Positions 11,198 through 20,251 of a stretch of DNA of 39,699 nt are shown piece by piece (within the stretch, counting starts at the first letter, position 1; every line of letters begins with the position of its first letter). This stretch comes from a virus. The stretch lies in the UHGV virus genome UHGV-0270985; one strand, given 5' to 3'. Both the position numbers and the translations under genes were made by a program. Under the pieces are notes generated by a model, which did not search any database, was not told the DNA's origin, and was given only the letters and a program-made list of their open reading frames with translations.

Positions 11198-11488
11198 TCA
11201 CTGAGACACTATTAAAAGCGCGTTTTCCAGTCCAGCAAATGGATCTGATACGCCTTCTGTCTGCTCCTTCTCCCACTGAAGAAGCGCATCATTCAGTGGC
11301 ACTTTGACCCCCTGCGCACCGTAAACAGCTGAAACAATCTGGGCAGCCCGGATATCAGCCCGTTCGTCCCCCAGCGGGCTGAACCTGTCAAATTCTGCCC
11401 ACATCATGATTTCTGATGCGGACATTTCCCGGCGTAACTCTGACAATGTGCGCCCCATCCTGAGCGCCAGCATCATCAGAAAACGCAT
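11198..11488 (-). CDS. T: T portion of the tail assembly chaperone G-T, expressed by -1 frameshift from G
   Basis: ORF in the -1 frame relative to G with no independent ribosome-binding site; G ends in a slippery heptamer; position between G and H. Confidence 0.7.
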   Translation of the reverse strand: MRFLMMLALRMGRTLSELRREMSASEIMMWAEFDRFSPLGDERADIRAAQIVSAVYGAQGVKVPLNDALLQWEKEQTEGVSDPFAGLENALLIVSQ

Positions 11489-11499
11489 CCCCGGAAGCG

Positions 11500-11886
11500 C
11501 TACTTTTTTTTAACCTCGCCGGCATCACTGATTAGTTCCAGAGACTGCCGAAGAAGCCGCGCATGCACCGGGCCATACACGGCAATCACCTGTTCACGAT
11601 CATCCTCTGAAAATACAGGTTGCAGTCCGGTATCACACAGAACATCGATGAACAGTTCAACATCCGCTTCCAGATTTCGGCGGGCGCGCTCCGCAACGGA
11701 TAACGGTGTCTCATCATCTTTTGCTTTAACGATCTCCTGCCAGCGCAACCAGGCTTCTGCAGAAGGTTCCCGTAATACAACCGTTGCCCCTTCCCATTCA
11801 GGCACATCAACAGTTTTATGGCGAAACCCCGACATCGTTGCCAGTGCCAGATTACGGATATTTTTAGTCATCACATCTATCCTCAT
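11500..11886 (-). CDS. G: tail assembly chaperone G
   Basis: 128 aa acidic protein between V and H; its ATG overlaps the V stop (TAATG). Confidence 0.7.
   Translation of the reverse strand: MRIDVMTKNIRNLALATMSGFRHKTVDVPEWEGATVVLREPSAEAWLRWQEIVKAKDDETPLSVAERARRNLEADVELFIDVLCDTGLQPVFSEDDREQVIAVYGPVHARLLRQSLELISDAGEVKKK
11503..11511 (-). promoter_or_regulatory. programmed -1 ribosomal frameshift site (A AAA AAG slippery heptamer) at the G/T junction
   Basis: Minus strand reads GAG GTT AAA AAA AAG TAG (G ends VKKK*). A -1 slip continues GTA GCG CTT CCG GGG ATG CGT..., i.e. directly into the T frame. Confidence 0.6.
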
Positions 11887-12590
11887 TAACTGACGGTAAC
11901 AGTGCAGGAAGTAGAGGTCACTTTGTTAACCGGGCTTGCTGAATCAGAAATCTCGCAGGTATATGCACCCGCATCACCGGATACTGCCGATGCCTTACTG
12001 AACGTTGCCGCCGTCTGTCCGGAAACAGGAGAACCACCTTTCTTCCAGACATAAGAATAAGGCGGCACACCACCCGCAGCCTCAACCGCCATTTCAAGTT
12101 TCGATCCGGAAGCAACCCGCAGCGTGCTTTTTAAATCGACCTTCACTTTCAGCGGCTCTGTCGTCAGCACAGGTTTACCTTTCAGGCGCAGAGAAAACGT
12201 TGCAGCCACAACACCATTGGTTCCTGCAGACCAGGTATGCTGACGCACCTCTGCCATAAAGGTAAATCCGTTGCCTGACGGAAAAATAACTTTAAAGCCA
12301 TACGTGGTGTCATTGTCATAGGCACTGCGCAACGCGTTCTGGGCAGCATTGAGGTAAAAGTTGCCTGACATGGAAATCTCTGAAGCAGCACCAAGGCCGT
12401 TAATATTTTCCTGCTCAACAGAACACAGCGTGGTGACATCAATATCCTGCTTTTGTCCTGCAGTAAACTGCACCTCTTTGATTGTACAGCTCAGGCCAAG
12501 ATAGCTGGCAGAATCCAGGGTTTCTGCTGTTACCGGTGCAGACGAAATCATAATTTTCGTCAGTTGCGAACGCTCAAAATTAGAGGACAT
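11886..12590 (-). CDS. V: major tail protein V with C-terminal Ig-like domain
   Basis: Start taken at internal ATG (MSSNFERSQLTK) at 12588-12590, preceded by GGAGACGAGT. C-terminal 80 aa resemble a bacterial Ig-like domain. Confidence 0.85.
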   Translation of the reverse strand: MSSNFERSQLTKIMISSAPVTAETLDSASYLGLSCTIKEVQFTAGQKQDIDVTTLCSVEQENINGLGAASEISMSGNFYLNAAQNALRSAYDNDTTYGFKVIFPSGNGFTFMAEVRQHTWSAGTNGVVAATFSLRLKGKPVLTTEPLKVKVDLKSTLRVASGSKLEMAVEAAGGVPPYSYVWKKGGSPVSGQTAATFSKASAVSGDAGAYTCEISDSASPVNKVTSTSCTVTVS

Positions 12591-12602
12591 ACTCGTCTCC
12601 TG

Positions 12603-12628
12603 AAAATAAAAAACCCGCCAGCGGCGGG
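12603..12628 (-). terminator. intrinsic terminator/attenuator upstream of V
   Basis: Stem cccgcc...ggcggg; plus-strand A-run aaaataaaaaa gives a minus-strand U-tract. Confidence 0.4.
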
Positions 12629-12649
12629 TGGGTAAAATCATTAACGACC

Positions 12650-12994
12650 TCAGGCTATTACCTGAAATTCAAGCGTGGCTCTGCTCAGACGGGAGTCAGG
12701 ATCATACCCCTGCGTTTTAGAAATAACGGAGGGTGCCAGTTTCCTTACTGCATCAAGCGCCTGCTCACGAATATCATCTGCGTCATCAGGTACTGTCGCC
12801 CAGACATCGATCTGCACGGTAATTCTGGATTCAGCCTGCCCATCAAGCACATCAGATGCCGTGTCAGACACCACAGAAAACACCAGCCACGGCGGAGATA
12901 CCGCAGGCTTTCCCTCCGTCAGCGGGACCACATAAGGATAAACCTGTCCTCCGGCCAGCTGAGACAACAGGGAATACAGTGTGCCCTCCCTCAT
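12650..12994 (-). CDS. tail completion / tail terminator-like protein (U-position)
   Basis: 114 aa; called from position between the HK97 gp10-like gene and V; 4-nt overlap with the upstream gene. Confidence 0.5.
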   Translation of the reverse strand: MREGTLYSLLSQLAGGQVYPYVVPLTEGKPAVSPPWLVFSVVSDTASDVLDGQAESRITVQIDVWATVPDDADDIREQALDAVRKLAPSVISKTQGYDPDSRLSRATLEFQVIA

Positions 12995-13440
12995 TTACTT
13001 AAGACCTCATCAATAGCCTGATTCATTCGCTGTATGGCAACCTGCGCCGCCAGCTCCTCTGTCGTATCGAAAGCCGGGCGAATGAATGGATGCGCGGGCA
13101 TGTTTATCGTTCCCAGCTCCACAAAGCGCCAGTAAAATGCATTTCGGGGATCGCTGGCTTTCATGCTGTTATCACTGTTTCCGGTTCGCAGGTTCCGTCC
13201 GCGAATGTGGACACCCGAGATAATTTCCCCCCGACGCTTTGAACGCTGAGTGAGAACAACCACATTTTTCTTCAGTTTCCCGGTTCGCTCCGGCGCACGT
13301 TCAACAACTGCATCCCGCATAACTTCAGCACCGGCACGGGTGGCATCGCGCAGAACCTTATTGTTTTCTGCCCTGCTGAGCGTCTCCAGATCCCGTGCAA
13401 TATCCGCCAGGCCGGAAAAATCAAGACTGAAATCCATCAC
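12991..13440 (-). CDS. HK97 gp10-family head-tail joining protein
   Basis: 149 aa with the ELGT...PFIRPA motif I associate with HK97 gp10; position in the neck module. Confidence 0.6.
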   Translation of the reverse strand: MMDFSLDFSGLADIARDLETLSRAENNKVLRDATRAGAEVMRDAVVERAPERTGKLKKNVVVLTQRSKRRGEIISGVHIRGRNLRTGNSDNSMKASDPRNAFYWRFVELGTINMPAHPFIRPAFDTTEELAAQVAIQRMNQAIDEVLSK

Positions 13441-13775
13441 ACATTCCCCTTCAGGCTGCAGAGTATTTCAAGCCGGGTAGCGCGTGCATCCGGTATTGGT
13501 GGACCTTCTATACCCAGAATGGCCCCTTTAAATGCACCGGTCAGCACTTTCAGACGTGAAGTCGCTGTCACATCGCGCCGGAATCTCATCCAGACTCTGA
13601 CCGTAGCCTGAGCGGTTTCTGCTCCGCCTGAGATTATCTCCCTCCCGCTGATACCCTTAACTTCTGCCCATACGGTAGCTCCCTCCGTCACCGTCTCCAC
13701 CGGATGCCCTGACGGAGAGCGGGCGGTGGTGACATTCAGAATAATTACGCGATCACGTAATCTGCCCGCCTGCAT
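13437..13775 (-). CDS. head-tail adaptor / head closure protein
   Basis: 112 aa starting MQAGRLRDRVIIL; size and position typical of SPP1 gp16-type head closure proteins. Confidence 0.65.
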   Translation of the reverse strand: MQAGRLRDRVIILNVTTARSPSGHPVETVTEGATVWAEVKGISGREIISGGAETAQATVRVWMRFRRDVTATSRLKVLTGAFKGAILGIEGPPIPDARATRLEILCSLKGNV

Positions 13776-13783
13776 GTCTCCTC

Positions 13784-14101
13784 CTACAAAGGAATAAAAC
13801 GATAAGGCTCCAGCAGAGAAGAAAAACCAAACGGGACTGGTGCCTTGCTGACATCTGAGGAATTTTCCCGGTTTTCGTACCAGTGCCCGACCAGCAACAT
13901 GAGCGCCAGCAAAACATCATCAGCTATAAGCACCCCTTCAGGATCACCTTCCGGCACCGTCTCCTCATAAAGCTTACGGTTGATAAAATTTTCTGCCTTG
14001 CGGCAGGCAGCCCGGAAATACAGCATCAGTAACTCATCATCAGTTGCATCATCTGTATCAATACGGCACTGCGCCCTGAGTTTTTCCACTATTGCTGCCA
14101 T
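13784..14101 (-). CDS. gp6-like head-tail connector protein
   Basis: Start taken at internal ATG (MAAIVEKLRAQ) at 14099-14101 with a CAGGAG ribosome-binding site; the track start would run through the terminator and the capsid gene end. Confidence 0.6.
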   Translation of the reverse strand: MAAIVEKLRAQCRIDTDDATDDELLMLYFRAACRKAENFINRKLYEETVPEGDPEGVLIADDVLLALMLLVGHWYENRENSSDVSKAPVPFGFSSLLEPYRFIPL

Positions 14102-14134
14102 CAGAAACTCCTGCCCGCAACACTGTGCGGGCAT

Positions 14135-14155
14135 AAAAAAACCGCGTCGGCGCGG
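14135..14155 (-). terminator. intrinsic terminator/attenuator directly downstream of the major capsid gene
   Basis: Stem ccgcg-tcgg-cgcgg with plus-strand A7 run (minus-strand U7). Confidence 0.5.
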
Positions 14156-14177
14156 TCTGTAACTGAACAACGAGTGG

Positions 14178-15395
14178 TTATTTGCCAGTGAGCGCCTTGA
14201 TGGCTGCCACATCTTCCAGCACACAGTCAAAACGATGGAAAGCCAGAAATGCCACCTGATCAAACTCAGCATAACGCTCAACCAGACGTTTCAGTTCCAT
14301 ATAAGTAACGCGGCGAATGATAAAGCGGTTGAAATCCCCCAGGAAAATGAATTTTTTTCCGGTACCAATCCCGTCAATAGCCTGATCAATAACATAAGGG
14401 ATCCCCAGCACAGTAGCCGGCGTACCGCCTGCAATATCCGGCAGCCATAACGGGCGTTTCTGCCCATCCTCCATCTCTTCAATAGTCTGCAATGTGGCAT
14501 CATTGAATGCCCAGCGGTATTTCGGCCCACCACGATATGCCGGATCAATGGCATGTTTCAGGGCATTCATTTCTTTCCAGGTGAAAGCGGCAGAGGCTGC
14601 AGTCTGGATGGTTCCCGTCACCGACGCTGCCAGCCCTTTTGGCTGTAACGGTGATCCCGTTCCGGTCCCCTGAACCAGATATTTTGCCTCTCCACGACCA
14701 ATACGCTGGGCAATACGGTTTGCCAGATAAGATTCAATATCCACCCCACTGTCCTGGAGCAGCTCATTGGACACACGAATTATTTTTGATGACAGCTTTT
14801 TAGCCCCCAGAATAGCGGTCCCGAACGTCACATCCTGTTCCGTTGCGGCTGTATTTTCCGCCAGCAGTTCGCCCTCTTCAGTCGTGCCATCAGACGTTGA
14901 CCAGGTGATATCCTGCCCGGTTGATGTGGTCAGAAGTTGCGCCACACTGGCAATCCCGCCATAAGCCTTCATGGTGTCAATGATTTTGTTACGCATCTGC
15001 GTGGGCACCGTATATCCGCCCTGAGAATCCGTTGTTACACTCTGAGCCCGCAGTTCACGCATCAGATTACGCTCTTCAGCATTCAGTTCTGCAAATCCGG
15101 CACGCAGAAAACGGTTAAATGCCGCAGCGCGCTTCTCTTCCACCGCCTTTTTCCCGTTCTCCGCCTCATTATTCTGGCGCTCTTCCGGCCCGGACTCATC
15201 CACATATGCCTGATCCTGACGGCGCAACTCTTCTTCACGGGCGATTTGCTCATCCAGCGCATCCAGCTCAGCTTTCGCCCTGTTCCACTCTGCCCGTTGC
15301 TCATCAGTCCATGCGTTATCACCAATTTTTTCATGCAGTGCACGCATATCCTTTGCAATGGTGTTTCGTTTTTGCTTCATCTCATGAAGTTTCAT
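14178..15395 (-). CDS. HK97-family major capsid protein
   Basis: 405 aa; N-terminal coiled-coil delta-domain-like segment (residues ~1-100) followed by an HK97-fold-sized body; follows the prohead protease. Confidence 0.85.
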   Translation of the reverse strand: MKLHEMKQKRNTIAKDMRALHEKIGDNAWTDEQRAEWNRAKAELDALDEQIAREEELRRQDQAYVDESGPEERQNNEAENGKKAVEEKRAAAFNRFLRAGFAELNAEERNLMRELRAQSVTTDSQGGYTVPTQMRNKIIDTMKAYGGIASVAQLLTTSTGQDITWSTSDGTTEEGELLAENTAATEQDVTFGTAILGAKKLSSKIIRVSNELLQDSGVDIESYLANRIAQRIGRGEAKYLVQGTGTGSPLQPKGLAASVTGTIQTAASAAFTWKEMNALKHAIDPAYRGGPKYRWAFNDATLQTIEEMEDGQKRPLWLPDIAGGTPATVLGIPYVIDQAIDGIGTGKKFIFLGDFNRFIIRRVTYMELKRLVERYAEFDQVAFLAFHRFDCVLEDVAAIKALTGK

Positions 15396-15409
15396 CGTCA
15401 GTAGTATCC

Positions 15410-16009
15410 TTATGCATTAAGAAGGGTCAAAAGACGCTCACGCGCCATTCGTTCGTTAACAGCTTTCTTCAGCGCACCACTCGCCCGCGCTTCCTGCCAG
15501 GCTTTCATTGAGCGGACACCAGAGTCTGCGTCCTGATAGGCCGGATATGTCACCGGGCTGACGTCATACAGACGAGAAATGCGCGTGATTTCCCGGATAA
15601 CAATCCCTTCGTCGTCTTCATACCAGCTCTCTCCGTCACGGGCGACACGAAACGCGAACGAGGACTGATTAATGTCACCACGCAACATTGGAGACAGCAC
15701 CAGGTCACAAATAGTCGGAGTATCCGGTGCAACAATGTCATAACGTAAACCGCGTTCATCCACCGACAATGACAACGTGCCGGCAGAACTTCGTCCGAGA
15801 ATGAAATTAGGATCATGATTAAACAAGCCACGTACATCATCATTCAGTACATCATCAAAAGCCCCCGGCTTGATGATTTCACGAAATCCCCACAGAGGTT
15901 CTGAACGACTGTTAAATACCGAGCCATACCCCAGAATGTGGGTCGGGGCATTATCATATTGTTCCGCCCGCACCTCCCCGCTGTAACAGCGCGTTTCACG
16001 GTCATTCAT
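15410..16009 (-). CDS. HK97-family prohead protease
   Basis: 199 aa with GYGSVF and LFNHD motifs; between portal and capsid. Confidence 0.85.
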   Translation of the reverse strand: MNDRETRCYSGEVRAEQYDNAPTHILGYGSVFNSRSEPLWGFREIIKPGAFDDVLNDDVRGLFNHDPNFILGRSSAGTLSLSVDERGLRYDIVAPDTPTICDLVLSPMLRGDINQSSFAFRVARDGESWYEDDEGIVIREITRISRLYDVSPVTYPAYQDADSGVRSMKAWQEARASGALKKAVNERMARERLLTLLNA

Positions 16010-17228
16010 CGTTCTTTTCCTCTTTGCCTTTCGTATCTTTAAAGTTATTCAACGGATTTGCTGCATTTACGCTGACCAGCATTTCATCCAGACCGTCAAC
16101 CGGGTTCATATCCTCAAATGCCCTGGCTTCATTCCGACTCATCCAGCCATCTGTAATGGCAAAGTGATAGAACTGCGCACGCTCCTGTGGGGTCCCACGG
16201 AGCAACCCCGTGAGGTTGAAACGAACGTAATACCCGGCAGCCCGTTCTGTACGGGTAAACAGGCGACGGTTAAGCTCCTGCTCCCAGTTCGCAACCCAGG
16301 GCATCATCGTGTAGCGAACAAACTGAATCGCCTGCTGCGTAATATTCGAAAATGTGGCTTTTTCCAGGTCATTAATCATGTGCGCCGGGACATTAAAAAT
16401 CCCGGCAATCATCGACCGGTTCAGCTTGGTCATATCAATGATCTGAGCATCCACCGGAGAAACTGTCAGAGCGCGGTAATCCAGTTGCGCAGGCAGCAAC
16501 ATGGTTTTATTTTCCTGGCTGCGAAGCGCTGTCACCGCCCGCTGCCACATATTTTTAAGCCTGCCCCAGCTTTGTTCGTTCAGTTCATTTTTCACAGAAA
16601 TAATACCGGCAGGACGGGCATTACCGTTAAAAAAGGCGCTGGTATACTGCTGGCCACTCATTCCCATACCAATGGTTTCAGCATGCTGCATGATCGGGCT
16701 CAGTCCCATTTTCTGATTGTTTCCCAGCGCCCTGATATGGATCATGTCGTCCGGACTTACCGCAAATGCACCCTCTTCGTTATACACCCCGTAAGTATGA
16801 CGCCCACCGGTGTTAAGTAACGTGGTTTCCCATGGCATACAGCATTCAAGGCTGGTAACCTCTCCACGACGATTACGTTTTACCCACGTATAACCATTGC
16901 CCCACCCCAGCACATGACGCTGCTTCAGTTCCCGCCACTTATAGCTGGTCTGCCAGGCATTAGGTTCATCATGAACGAGCCAGAACAACGGATGATCGCG
17001 TGCCGGCTGAACATGCTCATTCGTTTTTCGCATCACATGCAGGGGCATCTGAGCCACACTGGATGAAATAACATAAATACAGGCATAGACAGCAGCCAGC
17101 TTCATGGATGTTTCCGGACTGACATACACATCCCGGGCAAAAATATTATCCGTCTCAGCGGCCTCTCCGGTTACCGGAACCGAGGGATTTTCCAGAGGCT
17201 CACTGCGAAACAGAGCATCAAGAAGCAT
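16002..17228 (-). CDS. HK97-family portal protein
   Basis: 408 aa; position after terminase large subunit; overlaps the protease start. Confidence 0.85.
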   Translation of the reverse strand: MLLDALFRSEPLENPSVPVTGEAAETDNIFARDVYVSPETSMKLAAVYACIYVISSSVAQMPLHVMRKTNEHVQPARDHPLFWLVHDEPNAWQTSYKWRELKQRHVLGWGNGYTWVKRNRRGEVTSLECCMPWETTLLNTGGRHTYGVYNEEGAFAVSPDDMIHIRALGNNQKMGLSPIMQHAETIGMGMSGQQYTSAFFNGNARPAGIISVKNELNEQSWGRLKNMWQRAVTALRSQENKTMLLPAQLDYRALTVSPVDAQIIDMTKLNRSMIAGIFNVPAHMINDLEKATFSNITQQAIQFVRYTMMPWVANWEQELNRRLFTRTERAAGYYVRFNLTGLLRGTPQERAQFYHFAITDGWMSRNEARAFEDMNPVDGLDEMLVSVNAANPLNNFKDTKGKEEKNDE

Positions 17229-17359
17229 GTTTTCTCCTCATGGACACCACCAGTGCATAAAGCAGCAACAAACAGCCCGACAGCATCAGAGACGCTGGCA
17301 GACCTGCATACAGATAAACGCCAGCAGTGAGCAAACCGAAACCGATCAGCCCGGTCATA
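17219..17359 (-). CDS. possible 46-aa hydrophobic membrane peptide between terminase and portal
   Basis: ATG at 17357-17359; MTGLIGFGLLTAGVYLYAGLPASLMLSGCLLLLYALVVSMRRKHAS; stop overlaps the portal start. Below the ORF-track size cut-off. Confidence 0.3.
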
Positions 17360-17375
17360 TCAGTAATAAGCTGTT

Positions 17376-19133
17376 TCACAGAATTAACAGGTCCTCATCA
17401 GGATCAAGCGTGGACAGAAAGTCATTCACGCCCCCTCCATTTACCAGAAAGCGGCTCATGGCTGTAAAAAGCGCAACAGGGCCGTCGATTTTGGCTTCCG
17501 GCGTGGATTTATTCGGGAAGATGTTGTCGTTTTTGTCCGGTTTTACAGTAACGTTAGACATCATCCAGTTCATGACCGGATGATTGCTGTGATGGAAACG
17601 CCCGGCATAAACCAGTGATTCCGTTTCCTTCATGGCCTCTGACAGATTGCGGACCGTCTGCGGAACCTCCACCAGCGGTATCCCTTCTTCAGCCAGTGCC
17701 AGGCTGAACTGCATTGCGCTCCACGGGTCAAATCCCAGTTCCCTGAGGTTTTCACCGCCAATCCATTCCAGTAAGTCACTTTTTATCTGAGCATGATCGA
17801 TAACATCACCATCCGTCAGGATGAGCTTATCCATCTCCGCCCACTTCCGGTAAAGTTCTGCCTGCTGCCGCGAGCATCGTTCCAGCCGTCCTTCCGGAAG
17901 CCAGAATTTAAAATCAGCATGAACATGTCCGTTATCGGTTCGCCAGAGTTTTGCCGCCGCACAGATATCAATCTTATGAGCAAGGTCGACGCCGACCCAC
18001 ATGGGATATGTTTTCAGCTCATGTTGTGGAGCAATGTATTCGCACTTCTCCCACTTAATCATATCCATCCAGGCAGATTCGGCAGTGACCCACACATTCA
18101 TGTGTTTGGTAAAAAAATTCACCCGCGCAGAGACCTGCTCCTTCGCTTTTTTCGCCAGGCGACGCAGATCATCCCAGCGTTTACAGATGCCCAGGCCAGG
18201 ATTCGCTTTCTGCCAGACCGTTTCATCAAACGGATCATCTCCCTCATCAAGCGTGTAAATGATCGCAAAGTAAGAGTCGTCTTTTACAGCGCCCTCCACG
18301 TCGCTGTTATAGCCTCGCAATACCTTGATGGCGTAATCACGCTGCTCGTAACAAATCCCTTCCTTGTTAAAGCCAGCCGTGGTGATACCAAATAACAGGG
18401 ACTGCAGACGGGCACCGGTTGCCGTTTCCAGAACGTCCCACACGTCGCGGGTTTTATGTGCATGCAGCTCATCAATAATGGCGCAGTGGATGTTCAGACC
18501 GTCCAGGTTGTTTGCATCCGAGGAAAGCGGTTCAAATTTTGATGCGCTCTGCTCCTGGTAAATCGCCAGCTTGTTGAAATCAAACAACCGCCCGAGTGTC
18601 GACCGGGCTTTTCTGACCATATTTTTGGCGTCTTCAAACACGATTCTGGCCTGGTCACGCGTGGTTGCGGCTGAATACACCTCAGCTCCGCCTTCACTAT
18701 CTGCCCCCGTCATATACAGGCCGATACCCGATGACAGTGTTGATTTTGCGTTTTTACGGGCGACTTCGTTGTACGCCGTCCGGAACCGGCGCACCATCAC
18801 CGGACGTCCGCTGCCATCGCTGCGCATGACAACTTCCCCGGTTTCTTCATTGACCAGCGGAATGACAAAACCAAAAATATTAATGAGGATAAATACATGC
18901 CAGTCCATCAACTCAATGGGCTGGCCTGCCAGTGCCCCTTTTACATGAGGCACAAATTTGTAGAAATTCAGGATGTGCTGCGCACGGGGTTCACTGAAAT
19001 AAATCCCCCGCTTTTCGCCGTACTTCAGATCATCAAGAAAACGCTGGCAGGCCAGGCGGACAAATTCGCCAGCAACAATTTCTCCTGCAACAACACGTTC
19101 GGCGTAGCGGATCCCGTCAGCCACTTTTGCCAT
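17376..19133 (-). CDS. terL: terminase large subunit
   Basis: 585 aa; ATPase N-terminal and nuclease C-terminal regions; start overlaps the small-subunit stop (ATGA). Confidence 0.9.
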   Translation of the reverse strand: MAKVADGIRYAERVVAGEIVAGEFVRLACQRFLDDLKYGEKRGIYFSEPRAQHILNFYKFVPHVKGALAGQPIELMDWHVFILINIFGFVIPLVNEETGEVVMRSDGSGRPVMVRRFRTAYNEVARKNAKSTLSSGIGLYMTGADSEGGAEVYSAATTRDQARIVFEDAKNMVRKARSTLGRLFDFNKLAIYQEQSASKFEPLSSDANNLDGLNIHCAIIDELHAHKTRDVWDVLETATGARLQSLLFGITTAGFNKEGICYEQRDYAIKVLRGYNSDVEGAVKDDSYFAIIYTLDEGDDPFDETVWQKANPGLGICKRWDDLRRLAKKAKEQVSARVNFFTKHMNVWVTAESAWMDMIKWEKCEYIAPQHELKTYPMWVGVDLAHKIDICAAAKLWRTDNGHVHADFKFWLPEGRLERCSRQQAELYRKWAEMDKLILTDGDVIDHAQIKSDLLEWIGGENLRELGFDPWSAMQFSLALAEEGIPLVEVPQTVRNLSEAMKETESLVYAGRFHHSNHPVMNWMMSNVTVKPDKNDNIFPNKSTPEAKIDGPVALFTAMSRFLVNGGGVNDFLSTLDPDEDLLIL

Positions 19134-19615
19134 CAGTCTCTCGCTTTTAAAAGCTCTGCCAGCGGATCAACATTATCCGGTCCGGCGGTATTTACTTTTG
19201 CCCGGCTTGCCGGTGACATACCAAATTCTGCAAGCATCGCCCGGATCCGCTTCCAGGCATCCGCTTTCATCGCAGCAGCCGGGTGTGCCTTAATCAGCAC
19301 ATCACCGTTCTGCGTTTCCGAGCGGTAGGTGTACCCCTCAACATCGAGTGTTTCGCAGTGATGCCGGTATTCGGTATAGGCTTCCACCAGTAGCTCAAGC
19401 GCACGCGCATCAAGCTGAGAAATGATCCCTTCCGCATTCAGCTCTTCCGCCATTCGCCTGAACCAGTACTTCCCCTGCGCCCCTAAATGTTGCGGAATTT
19501 TAGGGAGACCTTTTTCATCCTTTTTAGCGGTTTTTTTGAGGTCTTTAACTGGCCGCTTTGAGGGGTTGCCTCGTATCAAATGCAGGCGTGGCGGGATTTT
19601 CGGGGGTCCAGACAT
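19133..19615 (-). CDS. terS: terminase small subunit (P27 family)
   Basis: 160 aa starting MSGPPKIPPRLHLIRGNPSKRPVKDLKK, typical P27-family N-terminus. Confidence 0.8.
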   Translation of the reverse strand: MSGPPKIPPRLHLIRGNPSKRPVKDLKKTAKKDEKGLPKIPQHLGAQGKYWFRRMAEELNAEGIISQLDARALELLVEAYTEYRHHCETLDVEGYTYRSETQNGDVLIKAHPAAAMKADAWKRIRAMLAEFGMSPASRAKVNTAGPDNVDPLAELLKARD

Positions 19616-19669
19616 AATCGGTTTTACCTATCAATCATTTAATCACATTCCAAAAAAAAGTTTTCGAAC

Positions 19670-19745
19670 CTGCGGCGATGCGAGGAAAGGTCAGGCGGCG
19701 GTACTGAGCAGCCAGGGTTGCAGAGATTTGACCCGCCCCTCCCCT
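19670..19745. other. candidate cos (cohesive end) region
   Basis: Non-coding interval between HNH endonuclease and terS, where HK97-like phages carry cos; contains AGGTCAGGCGGCGGTAC, reminiscent of the lambda cosN GGGCGGCGACCT core. Confidence 0.3.
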
Positions 19746-19762
19746 ACAGATGGGAACTGTTA

Positions 19763-20113
19763 TCAATTGATGCGTTCGCGCGCTGTTTTTGCTTTATGAC
19801 AGGGCCAGCACAGACTCTGCAGGTTACTGTCTGCATCTGTGCCACCATGAGCTTTCGGAATGATGTGGTCCACAGTTCTGGCTTCAACGGCTCTCCCATT
19901 GCGCAGGCAGTTCTGACACAGATGATTATCACGCTTCAGTATGCGCGCACGTATGGCATCCCATTTCGAGCCATAGCCACGCTGGTGGCGGCTCAGTCCG
20001 CGTTGATGCTGTACCCATCCTTCGCCACGATGTTTATCGCAGTAACCAGAACTGTCTGTGGTTGTACCTGCACATCCACGCTTACGGCAGGCGCGTGGGA
20101 TTAGTGCTGGCAT
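19763..20113 (-). CDS. HNH endonuclease, packaging-associated
   Basis: 116 aa with Cys-rich HNH motifs (CxxC...DHIIPKAHGGTDADSNLQSLCWPCH); immediately upstream of terS as in HK97-type cos phages. Confidence 0.8.
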   Translation of the reverse strand: MPALIPRACRKRGCAGTTTDSSGYCDKHRGEGWVQHQRGLSRHQRGYGSKWDAIRARILKRDNHLCQNCLRNGRAVEARTVDHIIPKAHGGTDADSNLQSLCWPCHKAKTARERIN

Positions 20114-20251
20114 GTTTCGCCCTTATATAAATCAAAGGTGACCTGCATTGAGTATCTCCATGGAATAGATTTGCTGCTGATATGAGACAGATCAATAGAC
20201 TTCATGAGCCAACGGGTGTAGATATTACTTTTTACTTCAGAGGGTTAACTC

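Noticed and set aside
11500-11886. Shorter G starting at the internal ATG (MTKNIRNL, about 11871)
   Set aside because: The upstream ATG overlaps the V stop as TAATG, a typical translational-coupling arrangement; it is kept as the start, but this is uncertain.
14235-15511. Plus-strand ORFs 14937..15404 and 15119..15511 (130-155 aa) inside the capsid/protease region
   Set aside because: Antisense to HK97-type capsid and protease genes; the translations are low-complexity and Pro/His/Ser-rich, typical of shadow frames.
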